DNA of 64,000 nt from Eledone cirrhosa (Eukaryota): NCBI GenBank assembly GCA_964016885.1, contig OZ024747.1, positions 29,946,001 to 30,010,000 of the forward strand. The letters run 5' to 3'. Shown here one piece after another: positions 24,301 to 38,300 of this stretch. The notes beneath the pieces are model-generated. The model had not been told where the DNA came from, made no database searches, and saw only the letters and a list, made by a program, of their open reading frames with translations. How positions within the stretch are numbered: the stretch's first letter is position 1; every line of letters begins with the position of its first letter. Made by a program: the position numbers and the translations under genes.

Positions 24301-27300
24301 TTTTTTCCAAATACTCTGTAAAATGATCAATTTGTGAAAAACCTAAAAAAATCAATTTTAGAAGTCAGAAGTAAATATTTCGAAAAGTATAAAAAAATTG
24401 ATTATTTTAGGTTTTTGATAATTTTACACAATATTTCGAAAATTTGTTTTTTTTCAAAAAAGATTGATTTTTTTTCTTTTGAAATATCTACTTTCTGATT
24501 TCGAAAATTGTTATATATTTTGTATTTTTAAAAAGTTTTTCAATGTGTCGAAACATAATGTATAAACGCATTTTTTCCAAATACTGTGTAAAATGATCTA
24601 TTTGTGAAAAAGCTAAAAAAATCAATTTTACAAATCGGAAGTAAATATTTCGAAAAGTATAAAAAAATTGATTATTTTAGGTTTTTCACAAATTGATCAT
24701 TTTAAACAGTATTTCGAAAAATTATTTTTTTTCCCAAAACATTGATTTTTTTCTTTCGGAATATATACTTTCTGATTTCGAAAATTGATATATATTTTGT
24801 ATTTTTCAAACACAATGTATAAACGCATTTTTTTGAAAAAAAACATTTTTTCCAAATACTGTGTAAAATGATCAATTTGTGAAAAACCTAAAAAAATCAA
24901 TTTTAGAAATCAGAAGTAAATATTTCGAAAAGTGTAAACAAATTGATTATTTTAGGTTTTTCACAAATTGATCATTTTACACAGTATTTCGAAAAATTGT
25001 TTTTTTTCGAAAAAGATTGATTTTTTTTCTTTCGAAATATCTACTTTCTGATTTCGAAAATTGTTATATATTTTGTATTTTTAAAAAATTTTTCAGCGTG
25101 TATGTATAAATGTATAAACGCATTTTTTCCAAATACTGTGTAAAATGATCAATTTGTGAAAAACCTAAAAAAATCAATTTTAGAAATCAGAAGTAAATAT
25201 TTCAAAAAGTATAAAAAAATTGATTATTTTAGGTTTTTCACAAATTGATCATTTTACACAGTATTTCGAAAAATTGTTTTTTTACAAAAAACATTGATTT
25301 TTTTTCTTTCGAAATATAGACTTTCTGATTTCGAAAATTGATATATATTTTGTATTTTTCAAACACAATGTATAAACGCATTTTTTTGAAAAAAAACATT
25401 TTTTCCAAATACTGTGTAAATTGATCAATTTGTGAAAAACCTAAAAAAATCAATTCTAGAAATCAAAAGTAAATATTTCGAAAAGTATAAAAAAATTGAT
25501 TATTTTAGGTTTTTCACAAATTGATCATTTTACACAGTATTTCGAAAAATTGTTTTTTTACAAAAAACATTGATTTTTTTTCTTTCGAAATATATACTTT
25601 CTGATTTCGAAAATTGATATATATTTTGTATTTTTCAAACACAATGTATAAACGCATTTTTTTGAAAAAAAACATTTTTTCCAAATACTCTGTAAAATGA
25701 TCAATTTGTGAAAAACCTAAAAAAATCAATTTTAGAAGTCATAAGTAAATATTTCGAAAAGTATAAAAAAATTGATTATTTTAGGTTTTTCACAAATTGA
25801 TAATTTTACACAATATTTCGAAAATTTGTTTTTTTTCAAAAAAGATTGATTTTTTTTCTATCGAAATATATACTTTCTGATTTCGAAAATTGATATACAT
25901 TTTGTATTTTTCAAATATTTTTCAACGTGTTGAAACACAGTGTGTAAACGCATTCTTTTGAAAAAAAAACATTTTTTCCAAATACTGTGAAAAAACCTAA
26001 AAAAATCAATTTTAGAAATCGGAAGTAAATATTTCGAAAAGTATAAAAAAATTGATTATTTTAGGTTTTTCACAAATTGATCATTTTAAACAGTATTTCG
26101 AAAAATTATTTTTTTTCCCAAAACATTGATTTTTTTCTTTCGGAATATATACTTTCTGATTTCGAAAATTGATATATATTTTGTATTTTTCAAACACAAT
26201 GTATAAACGCATTTTTTTGAAAAAAAACATTTTTTCCAAATACTGTGTAAAATGATCAATTTGTGAAAAACCTAAAAAAATCAATTTTAGAAGTCAGAAG
26301 TAAATATTTCGAAAAGTATAAAAAAAATTGATTATTTTAGGTTTTTCACAAATTGATAATTTTACACAATATTTCGAAAATTTGTTTTTTTTCAAAAAAG
26401 ATTGATTTTTTTTCTATCGAAATATATACTTTCTGATTTCGAAATTTGATATATATTTTGTATTTTTCAAAAATTTTTCAACGTGTTGAAACACAATGTA
26501 TAAACGCATTTTTTTAAAAAAAAACATTTTTTCCAAATACTGTGTAAATTGATCAATTCGTGAAAAAACCTAAAAAAATCAATTTTAGAAATCAGAAGTA
26601 AATATTTCGAAAAGTGTAAACAAATTGATTATTTTAGGTTTTTCACAAATTGATCATTTTACACAGTATTTCGAAAAATTGTTTTTTTTCAGAAAAGATT
26701 GATTTTTTTTCTTTTGAAATATCTACTTTCTGATTTCGAAAATTGTTATATAATTTCTATTTTTAAAAAATTTTTCAGCGTGTATGTATAAATGTATAAA
26801 CGCATTTTTTCCAAATACTGTGTAAAATGATCAATTTGTGAAAAACCTAAAAAAATCAATTTTAGAAGTCAGAAGTAAATATTTCGAAAAGTATAAAAAA
26901 ATTGATTATTTTAGGTTCTTCACAAATTGATAATGTTACACAATATTTCGAAAATTTGTTTTTTTTCAAAAAAGATTGATTTTTTTTCTATCGAAATATA
27001 TACTTTCTGATTTCGAAAATTGATATACATTTTGTATTTTTCAAATATTTTTCAACGTGTTGAAACAGTGTATAAACGCATTCTTTTGAAAAAAAAACAT
27101 TTTTTCCAAATACTGTGAAAAAACCTAAAAAAATCAATTTTAGAAATTAGAAGTAAATATTTCGAAAAGTGTAAACAAATTGATTATTTTAGGTTTTTCA
27201 CAAATTGATCATTTTACACAGTATTTCGAAAAATTGTTTTTTTTCAAAAAAGATTGATTTTTTTCTTTTGAAATATCTACTTTCTGATTTCGAAAATTGT

Positions 27301-28800
27301 TATATATTTTGTATTTTTAAAAAATTTTTCAACGTGTATGTATAAATGTATAAACGCATTTTTTCCAAATACTGTGTAAAATGATCAATTTGTGAAAAAC
27401 CTAAAAAAATCAATTTTAGAAATCAGAAGTAAATATTTCGAAAAGTATAAAAAAATTGATTATTTTAGGTTTTTCACAAATTGATCATTTTACACAGTAT
27501 TTCGAAAAATTGTTTTTTTACAAAAAACATTGATTTTTTTTCTTTCGAAATATAGACTTTCTGATTTCGAAAATTGATATATATTTTGTATTTTTCAAAC
27601 ACAATGTATAAACGCATTTTTTTGAAAAAAAACATTTTTTCCAAATACTCTGTAAAATGATCAATTTGTGAAAAACCTAAAAAAATCAATTTTAGAAGTC
27701 AGAAGTAAATATTTCGAAAAGTATAAAAAAATTGATTATTTTAGGTTTTTGATAATTTTACACAATATTTCGAAAATTTGTTTTTTTTCAAAAAAGATTG
27801 ATTTTTGTTCTTTTGAAATATCTACTTTCTGATTTCGAAAATTGTTATATATTTTGTATTTTTAAAAAGTTTTTCAATGTGTCGAAACATAATGTATAAA
27901 CGCATTTTTTCCAAATACTGTGTAAAATGATCTATTTGTGAAAAAGCTAAAAAAATCAATTTTACAAATCGGAAGTAAATATTTCGAAAAGTATAAAAAA
28001 ATTGATTATTTTAGGTTTTTCACAAATTGATCATTTTAAACAGTATTTCGAAAAATTATTTTTTTTCCCAAAACATTGATTTTTTTCTTTCGGAATATAT
28101 ACTTTCTGATTTCGAAAATTGATATATATTTTGTATTTTTCAAACACAATGTATAAACGCATTTTTTTGAAAAAAAACATTTTTTCCAAATACTGTGTAA
28201 AATGATCAATTTGTGAAAAACCTAAAAAAATCAATTTTAGAAATCAGAAGTAAATATTTCGAAAAGTGTAAACAAATTGATTATTTTAGGTTTTTCACAA
28301 ATTGATCATTTTACACAGTATTTCGAAAAATTGTTTTTTTTCAAAAAAGATTGATTTTTTTTCTTTCGAAATATCTACTTTCTGATTTCGAAAATTGTTA
28401 TATATTTTGTATTTTTAAAAAATTTTTCAGCGTGTATGTATAAATGTATAAACGCATTTTTTCCAAATACTGTGTAAAATGATCAATTTGTGAAAAACCT
28501 AAAAAAATCAATTTTAGAAATCAGAAGTAAATATTTCAAAAAGTATAAAAAAATTGATTATTTTAGGTTTTTCACAAATTGATCATTTTACACAGTATTT
28601 CGAAAAATTGTTTTTTTACAAAAAACATTGATTTTTTTTCTTTCGAAATATAGACTTTCTGATTTCGAAAATTGATATATATTTTGTATTTTTCAAACAC
28701 AATGTATAAACGCATTTTTTTGAAAAAAAGCATTTTTTCCAAATACTGTGTAAATTGATCAATTTGTGAAAAACCTAAAAAAATCAATTCTAGAAATCAA
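20470..28800. repeat. Imperfect higher-order repeats with 3038-bp (~11-mer) then 3334-bp (~12-mer) period
   Basis: ORF triplets 21102/21659/22200, 24140/24697/25238 and 27474/28031/28572 are offset by 3038 and then 3334. The marker ttttacaaatcgg is near 21590, 24628 and 27961. Boundaries are approximate. Confidence 0.82.
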
Positions 28801-31800
28801 AAGTAAATATTTCGAAAAGTGTAAACAAATTGATTATTTTAGGTTTTTCACAAATTGATCATTTTACACAGTATTTCGAAAAATTTTTTTTTTTCAAAAA
28901 AGATTGATTTTTTTTCTTTCGAAATATCTACTTTCTGATTTCGAAAATTGTTATATATTTTGTATTTTTAAAAAGTTTTTCAACGTGTCGAAACATAATG
29001 TATAAACGCATTTTTTCCAAATACTGTGTAAAATGATCAATTTGTGAAAAACCTAAAAAAATCAATTTTAGAAATCAGAAGTAAATATTTCGAAAAGTAT
29101 AAAAAAATTGATTATTTTAGGTTTTTCACAAATTGATCATTTTACACAGTATTTCGAAAAATTGTTTTTTTACAAAAAACATTGATTTTTTTTCTTTCGA
29201 AATATATACTTTCTGATTTCGAAAATTGATATATATTTTGTATTTTTCAAACACAATGTATAAACGCATTTTTTTGAAAAAAAACATTTTTTCCAAATAC
29301 TCTGTAAAATGATCAATTTGTGAAAAACCTAAAAAAATCAATTTTAGGTCAGAAGTAAATATTTCGAAAAGTATAAAAAAATTGATTATTTTAGGTTTTT
29401 CACAAATTGATAATTTTACACAATATTTCGAAAATTTGTTTTTTTTCAAAAAAGATTGATTTTTTTTCTATCGAAATATATACTTTCTGATTTCGAAAAT
29501 TGATATACATTTTGTATTTTTCAAATATTTTTCAACGTGTTGAAACAGTGTGTAAACGCATTCTTTTGAAAAAAAAACATTTTTTCCAAATACTGTGAAA
29601 AAACCTAAAAAAATCAATTTTAGAAATTAGAAGTAAATATTTCGAAAAGTGTAAACAAATTGATTATTTTAGGTTTTTCACAAATTGATCATTTTACACA
29701 GTATTTCGAAAAATTGTTTTTTTTCAAAAAAAATTGATTTTTTTTCTTTTGAAATATCTACTTTCTGATTTCAAAAATTGTTATATATTTTGTATTTTTA
29801 AAAAGTTTTTCAATGTGTCGTAACATAATGTATAAACGCATTTTATCCAAATACTGTGTAAAATGATCTATTTGTGAAAAACCTAAAAAAATCAATTTTA
29901 GAAATCGGAAGTAAATATTTCGAAAAGTATAAAAAAATTGATTATTTTAGGTTTTTCACAAATTGATCATTTTAAACAGTATTTCGAAAAATTATTTTTT
30001 TTCCCAAAACATTGATTTTTTTCTTTCGGAATATATACTTTCTGATTTCGAAAATTGATATATATTTTGTATTTTTCAAACACAATGTATAAACGCATTT
30101 TTTTGAAAAAAAACATTTTTTCCAAATACTGTGTAAATTGATCAATTTGTGAAAAAACCTAAAAAAATCAATTTTAGAAATCAGAAGTAAATATTTCGAA
30201 AAGTATAAAAAAATTGATTATTTTAGGTTTTTCACAAATTGATCATTTTACACAGTATTTCGAAAAATTGTTTTTTTACAAAAAACATTGATTTTTTTTC
30301 TTTCGAAATATATACTTTCTGATTTCGAAAATTGATATATATTTTGTATTTTTCAAACACAATGTATAAACGCATTTTTTTGAAAAAAAACATTTTTTCC
30401 AAATACTCTATAAAATGATCAATTTGTGAAAAACCTAAAAAAATCAATTTTAGAAGTCAGAAGTAAATATTTCGAAAAGTATAAAAAAAATTGATTATTT
30501 TAGGTTTTTCACAAATTGATAATTTTACACAATATTTCGAAAATTTGTTTTTTTTCAAAAAAGATTGATTTTTTTTCTATCGAAATATATACTTTCTGAT
30601 TTCGAAAATTGATATACATTTTGTATTTTTCAAATATTTTTCAACGTGTTGAAACACAGTGTATAAACGCATTCTTTTGAAAAAAAAACATTTTTTCCAA
30701 ATACTGTGAAAAAACCTAAAAAAATCAATTTTAGAAATTAGAAGTAAATATTTCGAAAAGTGTAAACAAATTGATTATTTTAGGTTTTTCACAAATTGAT
30801 CATTTTACACAGTATTTCGAAAAATTGTTTTTTTTCAAAAAAGATTGATTTTTTTCTTTTGAAATATCTACTTTCTGATTTCGAAAATTGTTATATATTT
30901 TGTATTTTTAAAAAATTTTTCAACGTGTATGTATAAATGTATAAACGCATTTTTTCCAAATACTGTGTAAAATGATCAATTTGTGAAAAACCTAAAAAAA
31001 TCAATTTTAGAAATCAGAAGTAAATATTTCGAAAAGTATAAAAAAATTGATTATTTTAGGTTTTTCACAAATTGATCATTTTACACAGTATTTCGAAAAA
31101 TTGTTTTTTTACAAAAAACATTGATTTTTTTTCTTTCGAAATATAGACTTTCTGATTTCGAAAATTGATATATATTTTGTATTTTTCAAACACAATGTAT
31201 AAACGCATTTTTTTGAAAAAAAGCATTTTTTCCAAATACTGTGTAAATTGATCAATTTGTGAAAAACCTAAAAAAATCAATTCTAGAAATCAAAAGTAAA
31301 TATTTCGAAAAGTGTAAACAAATTGATTATTTTAGGTTTTTCACAAATTGATCATTTTACACAGTATTTCGAAAAATTTTTTTTTTTCAAAAAAGATTGA
31401 TTTTTTTTCTTTCGAAATATCTACTTTCTGATTTCGAAAATTGTTATATATTTTGTATTTTTAAAAAGTTTTTCAACGTGTCGAAACATAATGTATAAAC
31501 GCATTTTTTCCAAATACTGTGTAAAATGATCAATTTGTGAAAAACCTAAAAAAATCAATTTTAGAAATCAGAAGTAAATATTTCGAAAAGTATAAAAAAA
31601 TTGATTATTTTAGGTTTTTCACAAATTGATCATTTTACACAGTATTTCGAAAAATTGTTTTTTTACAAAAAACATTGATTTTTTTTCTTTCGAAATATAT
31701 ACTTTCTGATTTCGAAAATTGATATATATTTTGTATTTTTCAAACACAATGTATAAACGCATTTTTTTGAAAAAAAACATTTTTTCCAAATACTCTGTAA

Positions 31801-34089
31801 AATGATCAATTTGTGAAAAACCTAAAAAAATCAATTTTAGGTCAGAAGTAAATATTTCGAAAAGTATAAAAAAATTGATTATTTTAGGTTTTTCACAAAT
31901 TGATAATTTTACACAATATTTCGAAAATTTGTTTTTTTTCAAAAAAGATTGATTTTTTTTCTATCGAAATATATACTTTCTGATTTCGAAAATTGATATA
32001 CATTTTGTATTTTTCAAATATTTTTCAACGTGTTGAAACAGTGTGTAAACGCATTCTTTTGAAAAAAAAACATTTTTTCCAAATACTGTGAAAAAACCTA
32101 AAAAAATCAATTTTAGAAATTAGAAGTAAATATTTCGAAAAGTGTAAACAAATTGATTATTTTAGGTTTTTCACAAATTGATCATTTTACACAGTATTTC
32201 GAAAAATTGTTTTTTTTCAAAAAAGATTGATTTTTTTTCTTTTGAAATATCTACTTTCTGATTTCAAAAATTGTTATATATTTTGTATTTTTAAAAAGTT
32301 TTTCAATGTGTCGTAACATAATGTATAAACGCATTTTATCCAAATACTGTGTAAAATGATCTATTTGTGAAAAACCTAAAAAAATCAATTTTAGAAATCG
32401 GAAATATTTCGAAAAGTATAAAAAAATTGATTATTTTAGGTTTTTCACAAATTGATCATTTTAAACAGTATTTCGAAAAATTATTTTTTTTCCCAAAACA
32501 TTGATTTTTTTCTTTCGGAATATATACTTTCTGATTTCGAAAATTGATATATATTTTGTATTTTTCAAACACAATGTATAAACGCATTTTTTTGAAAAAA
32601 AACATTTTTTCCAAATACTGTGTAAATTGATCAATTTGTGAAAAAACCTAAAAAAATCAATTTTAGAAATCAGAAGTAAATATTTCGAAAAGTATAAAAA
32701 AATTGATTATTTTAGGTTTTTCACAAATTGATCATTTTACACAGTATTTCGAAAAATTGTTTTTTTACAAAAAACATTGATTTTTTTTCTTTCGAAATAT
32801 ATACTTTCTGATTTCGAAAATTGATATATATTTTGTATTTTTCAAACACAATGTATAAACGCATTTTTTTGAAAAAAAACATTTTTTCCAAATACTCTAT
32901 AAAATGATCAATTTGTGAAAAACCTAAAAAAATCAATTTTAGAAGTCAGAAGTAAATATTTCGAAAAGTATAAAAAAAATTGATTATTTTAGGTTTTTCA
33001 CAAATTGATAATTTTACACAATATTTCGAAAATTTGTTTTTTTTCAAAAAAGATTGATTTTTTTTCTATCGAAATATATACTTTCTGATTTCGAAAATTG
33101 ATATACATTTTGTATTTTTCAAATATTTTTCAACGTGTTGAAACACAGTGTATAAACGCATTCTTTTGAAAAAAAAACATTTTTTCCAAATACTGTGAAA
33201 AAACCTAAAAAAATCAATTTTAGAAATTAGAAGTAAATATTTCGAAAAGTGTAAACAAATTGATTATTTTAGGTTTTTCACAAATTGATCATTTTACACA
33301 GTATTTCGAAAAATTGTTTTTTTTCAAAAAAGATTGATTTTTTTCTTTTGAAATATCTACTTTCTGATTTCGAAAATTGTTATATATTTTGTATTTTTAA
33401 AAAATTTTTCAACGTGTATGTATAAATGTATAAACGCATTTTTTCCAAATACTGTGTAAAATGATCAATTTGTGAAAAACCTAAAAAAATCAATTTTAGA
33501 AATCAGAAGTAAATATTTCGAAAAGTATAAAAAAATTGATTATTTTAGGTTTTTCACAAATTGATCATTTTACACAGTATTTCGAAAAATTGTTTTTTTA
33601 CAAAAAACATTGATTTTTTTTCTTTCGAAATATAGACTTTCTGATTTCGAAAATTGATATATATTTTGTATTTTTCAAACACAATGTATAAACGCATTTT
33701 TTTGAAAAAAAGCATTTTTTCCAAATACTGTGTAAATTGATCAATTTGTGAAAAACCTAAAAAAATCAATTCTAGAAATCAAAAGTAAATATTTCGAAAA
33801 GTGTAAACAAATTGATTATTTTAGGTTTTTCACAAATTGATCATTTTACACAGTATTTCGAAAAATTTTTTTTTTTCAAAAAAGATTGATTTTTTTTCTT
33901 TCGAAATATCTACTTTCTGATTTCGAAAATTGTTATATATTTTGTATTTTTAAAAAGTTTTTCAACGTGTCGAAACATAATGTATAAACGCATTTTTTCC
34001 AAATACTGTGTAAAATGATCAATTTGTGAAAAACCTAAAAAAATCAATTTTAGAAATCAGAAGTAAATATTTCGAAAAGTATAAAAAAA
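28539..34089. repeat. 9-monomer higher-order repeat, 2493/2489 bp, ~2.2 tandem copies
   Basis: ORF offsets are 28572/31065/33554, 29126/31619 and 30232/32721. The marker gaaaaaaagcatttt occurs three times. A 4-bp deletion (aaatcggaaatatttc near 32400) explains 2493 versus 2489. Confidence 0.93.
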
Positions 34090-35383
34090 ATTGATTATTT
34101 TAGGTTTTTCACAAATTGATAATTTTACACAATATTTCGAAAATTTGTTTTTTTTCAAAAAAGATTGATTTTTTTTCTATCGAAATATATACTTTCTGAT
34201 TTCGAAAATTGATATACATTTTGTATTTTTCAAATATTTTTCAACGTGTTGAAACACAGTGTATAAACGCATTCTTTTGAAAAAAAAACATTTTTTCCAA
34301 ATACTGTGAAAAAACCTAAAAAAATCAATTTTAGAAATTAGAAGTAAATATTTCGAAAAGTGTAAACAAATTGATTATTTTAGGTTTTTCACAAATTGAT
34401 CATTTTACACAGTATTTCGAAAAATTGTTTTTTTTCAAAAAAGATTGATTTTTTTCTTTTGAAATATCTACTTTCTGATTTCGAAAATTGTTATATATTT
34501 TGTATTTTTAAAAAATTTTTCAACGTGTATGTATAAATGTATAAACGCATTTTTTCCAAATACTGTGTAAAATGATCAATTTGTGAAAAACCTAAAAAAA
34601 TCAATTTTAGAAATCAGAAGTAAATATTTCGAAAAGTATAAAAAAATTGATTATTTTAGGTTTTTCACAAATTGATCATTTTACACAGTATTTCGAAAAA
34701 TTGTTTTTTTACAAAAAACATTGATTTTTTTTCTTTCGAAATATAGACTTTCTGATTTCGAAAATTGATATATATTTTGTATTTTTCAAACACAATGTAT
34801 AAACGCATTTTTTTGAAAAAAAACATTTTTTCCAAATACTCTGTAAAATGATCAATTTGTGAAAAACCTAAAAAAATCAATTTTAGGTCAGAAGTAAATA
34901 TTTCGAAAAGTATAAAAAAATTGATTATTTTAGGTTTTTCACAAATTGATAATTTTACACAATATTTCGAAAATTTGTTTTTTTTCAAAAAAGATTGATT
35001 TTTTTTCTATCGAAATATATACTTTCTGATTTCGAAAATTGATATACATTTTGTATTTTTCAAATATTTTTCAACGTGTTGAAACAGTGTGTAAACGCAT
35101 TCTTTTGAAAAAAAAACATTTTTTCCAAATACTGTGAAAAAACCTAAAAAAACAATTTTAGAAATTAGAAGTAAATATTTCGAAAAGTGTAAACAAATTG
35201 ATTATTTTAGGTTTTTCACAAATTGATCATTTTACACAGTATTTCGAAAAATTGTTTTTTTTCAAAAAAGATTGATTTTTTTTCTTTTGAAATATCTACT
35301 TTCTGATTTCAAAAATTGTTATATATTTTGTATTTTTAAAAAGTTTTTCAATGTGTCGTAACATAATGTATAAACGCATTTTA

Positions 35384-38300
35384 TCCAAATACTGTGTAAA
35401 ATGATCAATTTGTGAAAAACCTAAAAAAATCAATTTTAGAAATCAGAAGTAAATATTTCGAAAAGTATAAAAAAATTGATTATTTTAGGTTTTTCACAAA
35501 TTGATCATTTTACACAGTATTTCGAAAAATATTTTTTTTACAAAAAACATTGATTTTTTTTCTTTCGAAATATATACTTTCTGATTTCGAAAATTGATAT
35601 ATATTTTGTATTTTTCAAACAATGTATAAACGCATTTTTTTGAAAAAAAACATTTTTTCCAAATACTGTGAAAAAACCTAAAAAAATCAATTTTAGAAAT
35701 TAGAAGTAAATATTTCGAAAAGTGTAAACAAATTGATTATTTTAGGTTTTTCACAAATTGATCATTTTACACAGTATTTCGAAAAATTGTTTTTTTTCAA
35801 AAAAGATTGATTTTTTTTCTTTTGAAATATCTACTTTCTGATTTCGAAAATTGTTATATATTTTGTATTTTTAAAAAGTTTTTCAACGTGTCGAAACATA
35901 ATGTATAAACGCATATTTTCCAAATACTGTGTAAAATGATCTATTTGTGAAAAAGCTAAAAAAATCAATTTTAGAAATCGGAAGTAAATATTTCGAAACA
36001 GTATTTCGAAAAATTATTTTTTTTCCAAAAACATTGATTTTTTTCTTTCGGAATGTATACTTTCTGATTTCGAAAATTGATATATATTTTGTATTTTTCA
36101 AACACAATGTATAAACGCATTTTTTTGAAAAAAAACATTTTTTCCAAATACTGTGTAAAATGATCGATTTGTGAAAAACCTAAAAAAAATCAATTTTAGA
36201 AATCAGAAGTAAATATTTCGAAAAGTATTAAAAAATTGATTATTTTTGGTTTTTCACAAATTGATCATTTTACACAGTATTTCGAAAAATTGTTTTTTTA
36301 TCAAAAAAGATTGATTTTTTTTCTTTCGAAATATATAATTTCTGATTTCGAAATTTGATATATATTTTGTATTTTTCAAAAATTTTTCAATGTGTATGTA
36401 TAAACGCATTTTTTCCAAATACTGTGTAAATTGATCAATATGTGAAAAACCTAAAAAAATCAATTCTAGAAATCAAAAGTAAATATTGCGAAAAGTTGAT
36501 TATTTTAGGTTTTTTACAAATTGATCATTTTACACAGTATTTCGAAAAATTGTTTTTTTATCAAAAGACATTGATTTTTTTCTTTCGAAATATATACTTT
36601 CTGATTTCGAAAATTGATATATATTTTGTATTTTTCAAACACAATGTATAAACGCATTTTTTTGAAAAAAAACATTTTTTCCAAATACTGTGTAAAATGA
36701 TCAATTTGTGAAAAACCTAAAAAAATCAATTTTAGAAATCAGAAGTAGATATTTCGAAAAGTATAAAAAAATTGATTATTTTAGGTTTTTCACAAATTGA
36801 TAATTTTACACAGTATTTCGAAAATTTGTTTTTTTTCAAAAAAGATTGATTTTTTTTCTATCGAAATATATACTTTCTGATTTCGAAAATTGTTATATAA
36901 TTTGTATTTTTAAAAAATTTTTCAACGTATAAATGTATAAACGCATTTTTTCCAAATACTGTGTAAAATGATCAATTTGTTAAAAACCTAAAAAAATCAA
37001 TTTTAGAAATCAGAAGTAAATATTTCGAAAAGTATAAAAAAATTGATTATTTTAGGTTTTTCACAAATTGATAATTTTACACAGTATTTCGAAAATTTGT
37101 TTTTTTTCAAAAAAGATTGATTTTTTTCTATCGAAATATATACTTTCTGATTTCGAAAATTGATATACATTTTGTATTTTTCAAATATTTTTCAACGTGT
37201 TGAAACAAAGTGTATAAACGCATTTTTTTGAAAAAAAAACATTTTTTCCAAAAAAATCAATTTTAGAAATTAGAAGTAAATATTTCGAAAAGTGTAAACA
37301 AATTGATTATTTTAGGTTTTTCACAAATTGATCATTTTACACAGTATTTGGAAAAATTGTTTTTTTTCAAAAAAGATTGATTTTTTTTCTTTTGAAATAT
37401 CTACTTTCTGATTTCGAAAATTGTTATATATTTTGTATTTTTAAAAAGTTTTTCAACGTGTCGAAACATAATGTATAAACGCATTTTTTCCAAATACTGT
37501 GTGAAATGATCTATTTTTGAAAAAGCTAAAAAAATCAATTTTAGAAATCGGAAGTAAATATTTCGAAAAGTATAAAAAAATTGATTATTTTAGGTTTTTC
37601 ACAAATTGATCATTTTAAACAGTATTTCGAAAAATTATTTTTTTTCCAAAAACATTGATTTTTTTCTTTCGGAATATATACTTTCTGATTTCGAAAATTG
37701 ATATATATTTTGTATTTTTCAAACACAATGTATAAACGCATTTTTTTGAAAAAAAACATTTTTTCCAAATACTGTGTAAAATGATCAATTTGTGAAAAAC
37801 CTAAAAAAATCAATTTTAGAAATCAGAAGTAAATATTTCGAAAAGTATAAAAAAATTGATTATTTTAGGTTTTTCACAAATTGATCATTTTACACAGTAT
37901 TTCGAAAAATTGTTTTTTTATCAAAAAAGATTGATTTTTTTTCTTTCGAAATATATAATTTCTGATTTCGAAATTTGATATATATTTTGTATTTTTAAAA
38001 AGTTTTTCAATGTGTCGAAACATAATGTATAAACGCATTTTATCCAAATACTGTGTAAAATGATCTATTTGTGAAAAAGCTAAAAAAATCAATTTTAGAA
38101 ATCGGAAGTAAATATTTCGAAAAGTATAAAAAAATTGATTATTTTAGGTTTTTCACAAATTGATCATTTTAAACAGTATTTCGAAAAATTATTTTTTTTC
38201 CAAAAACATTGATTTTTTTCTTTCGAAATATATATTTTCTGATTTCGAATATTGATATACATTTTGTATTTTTCAAATATTTTTCAACGTATGTATAAAC

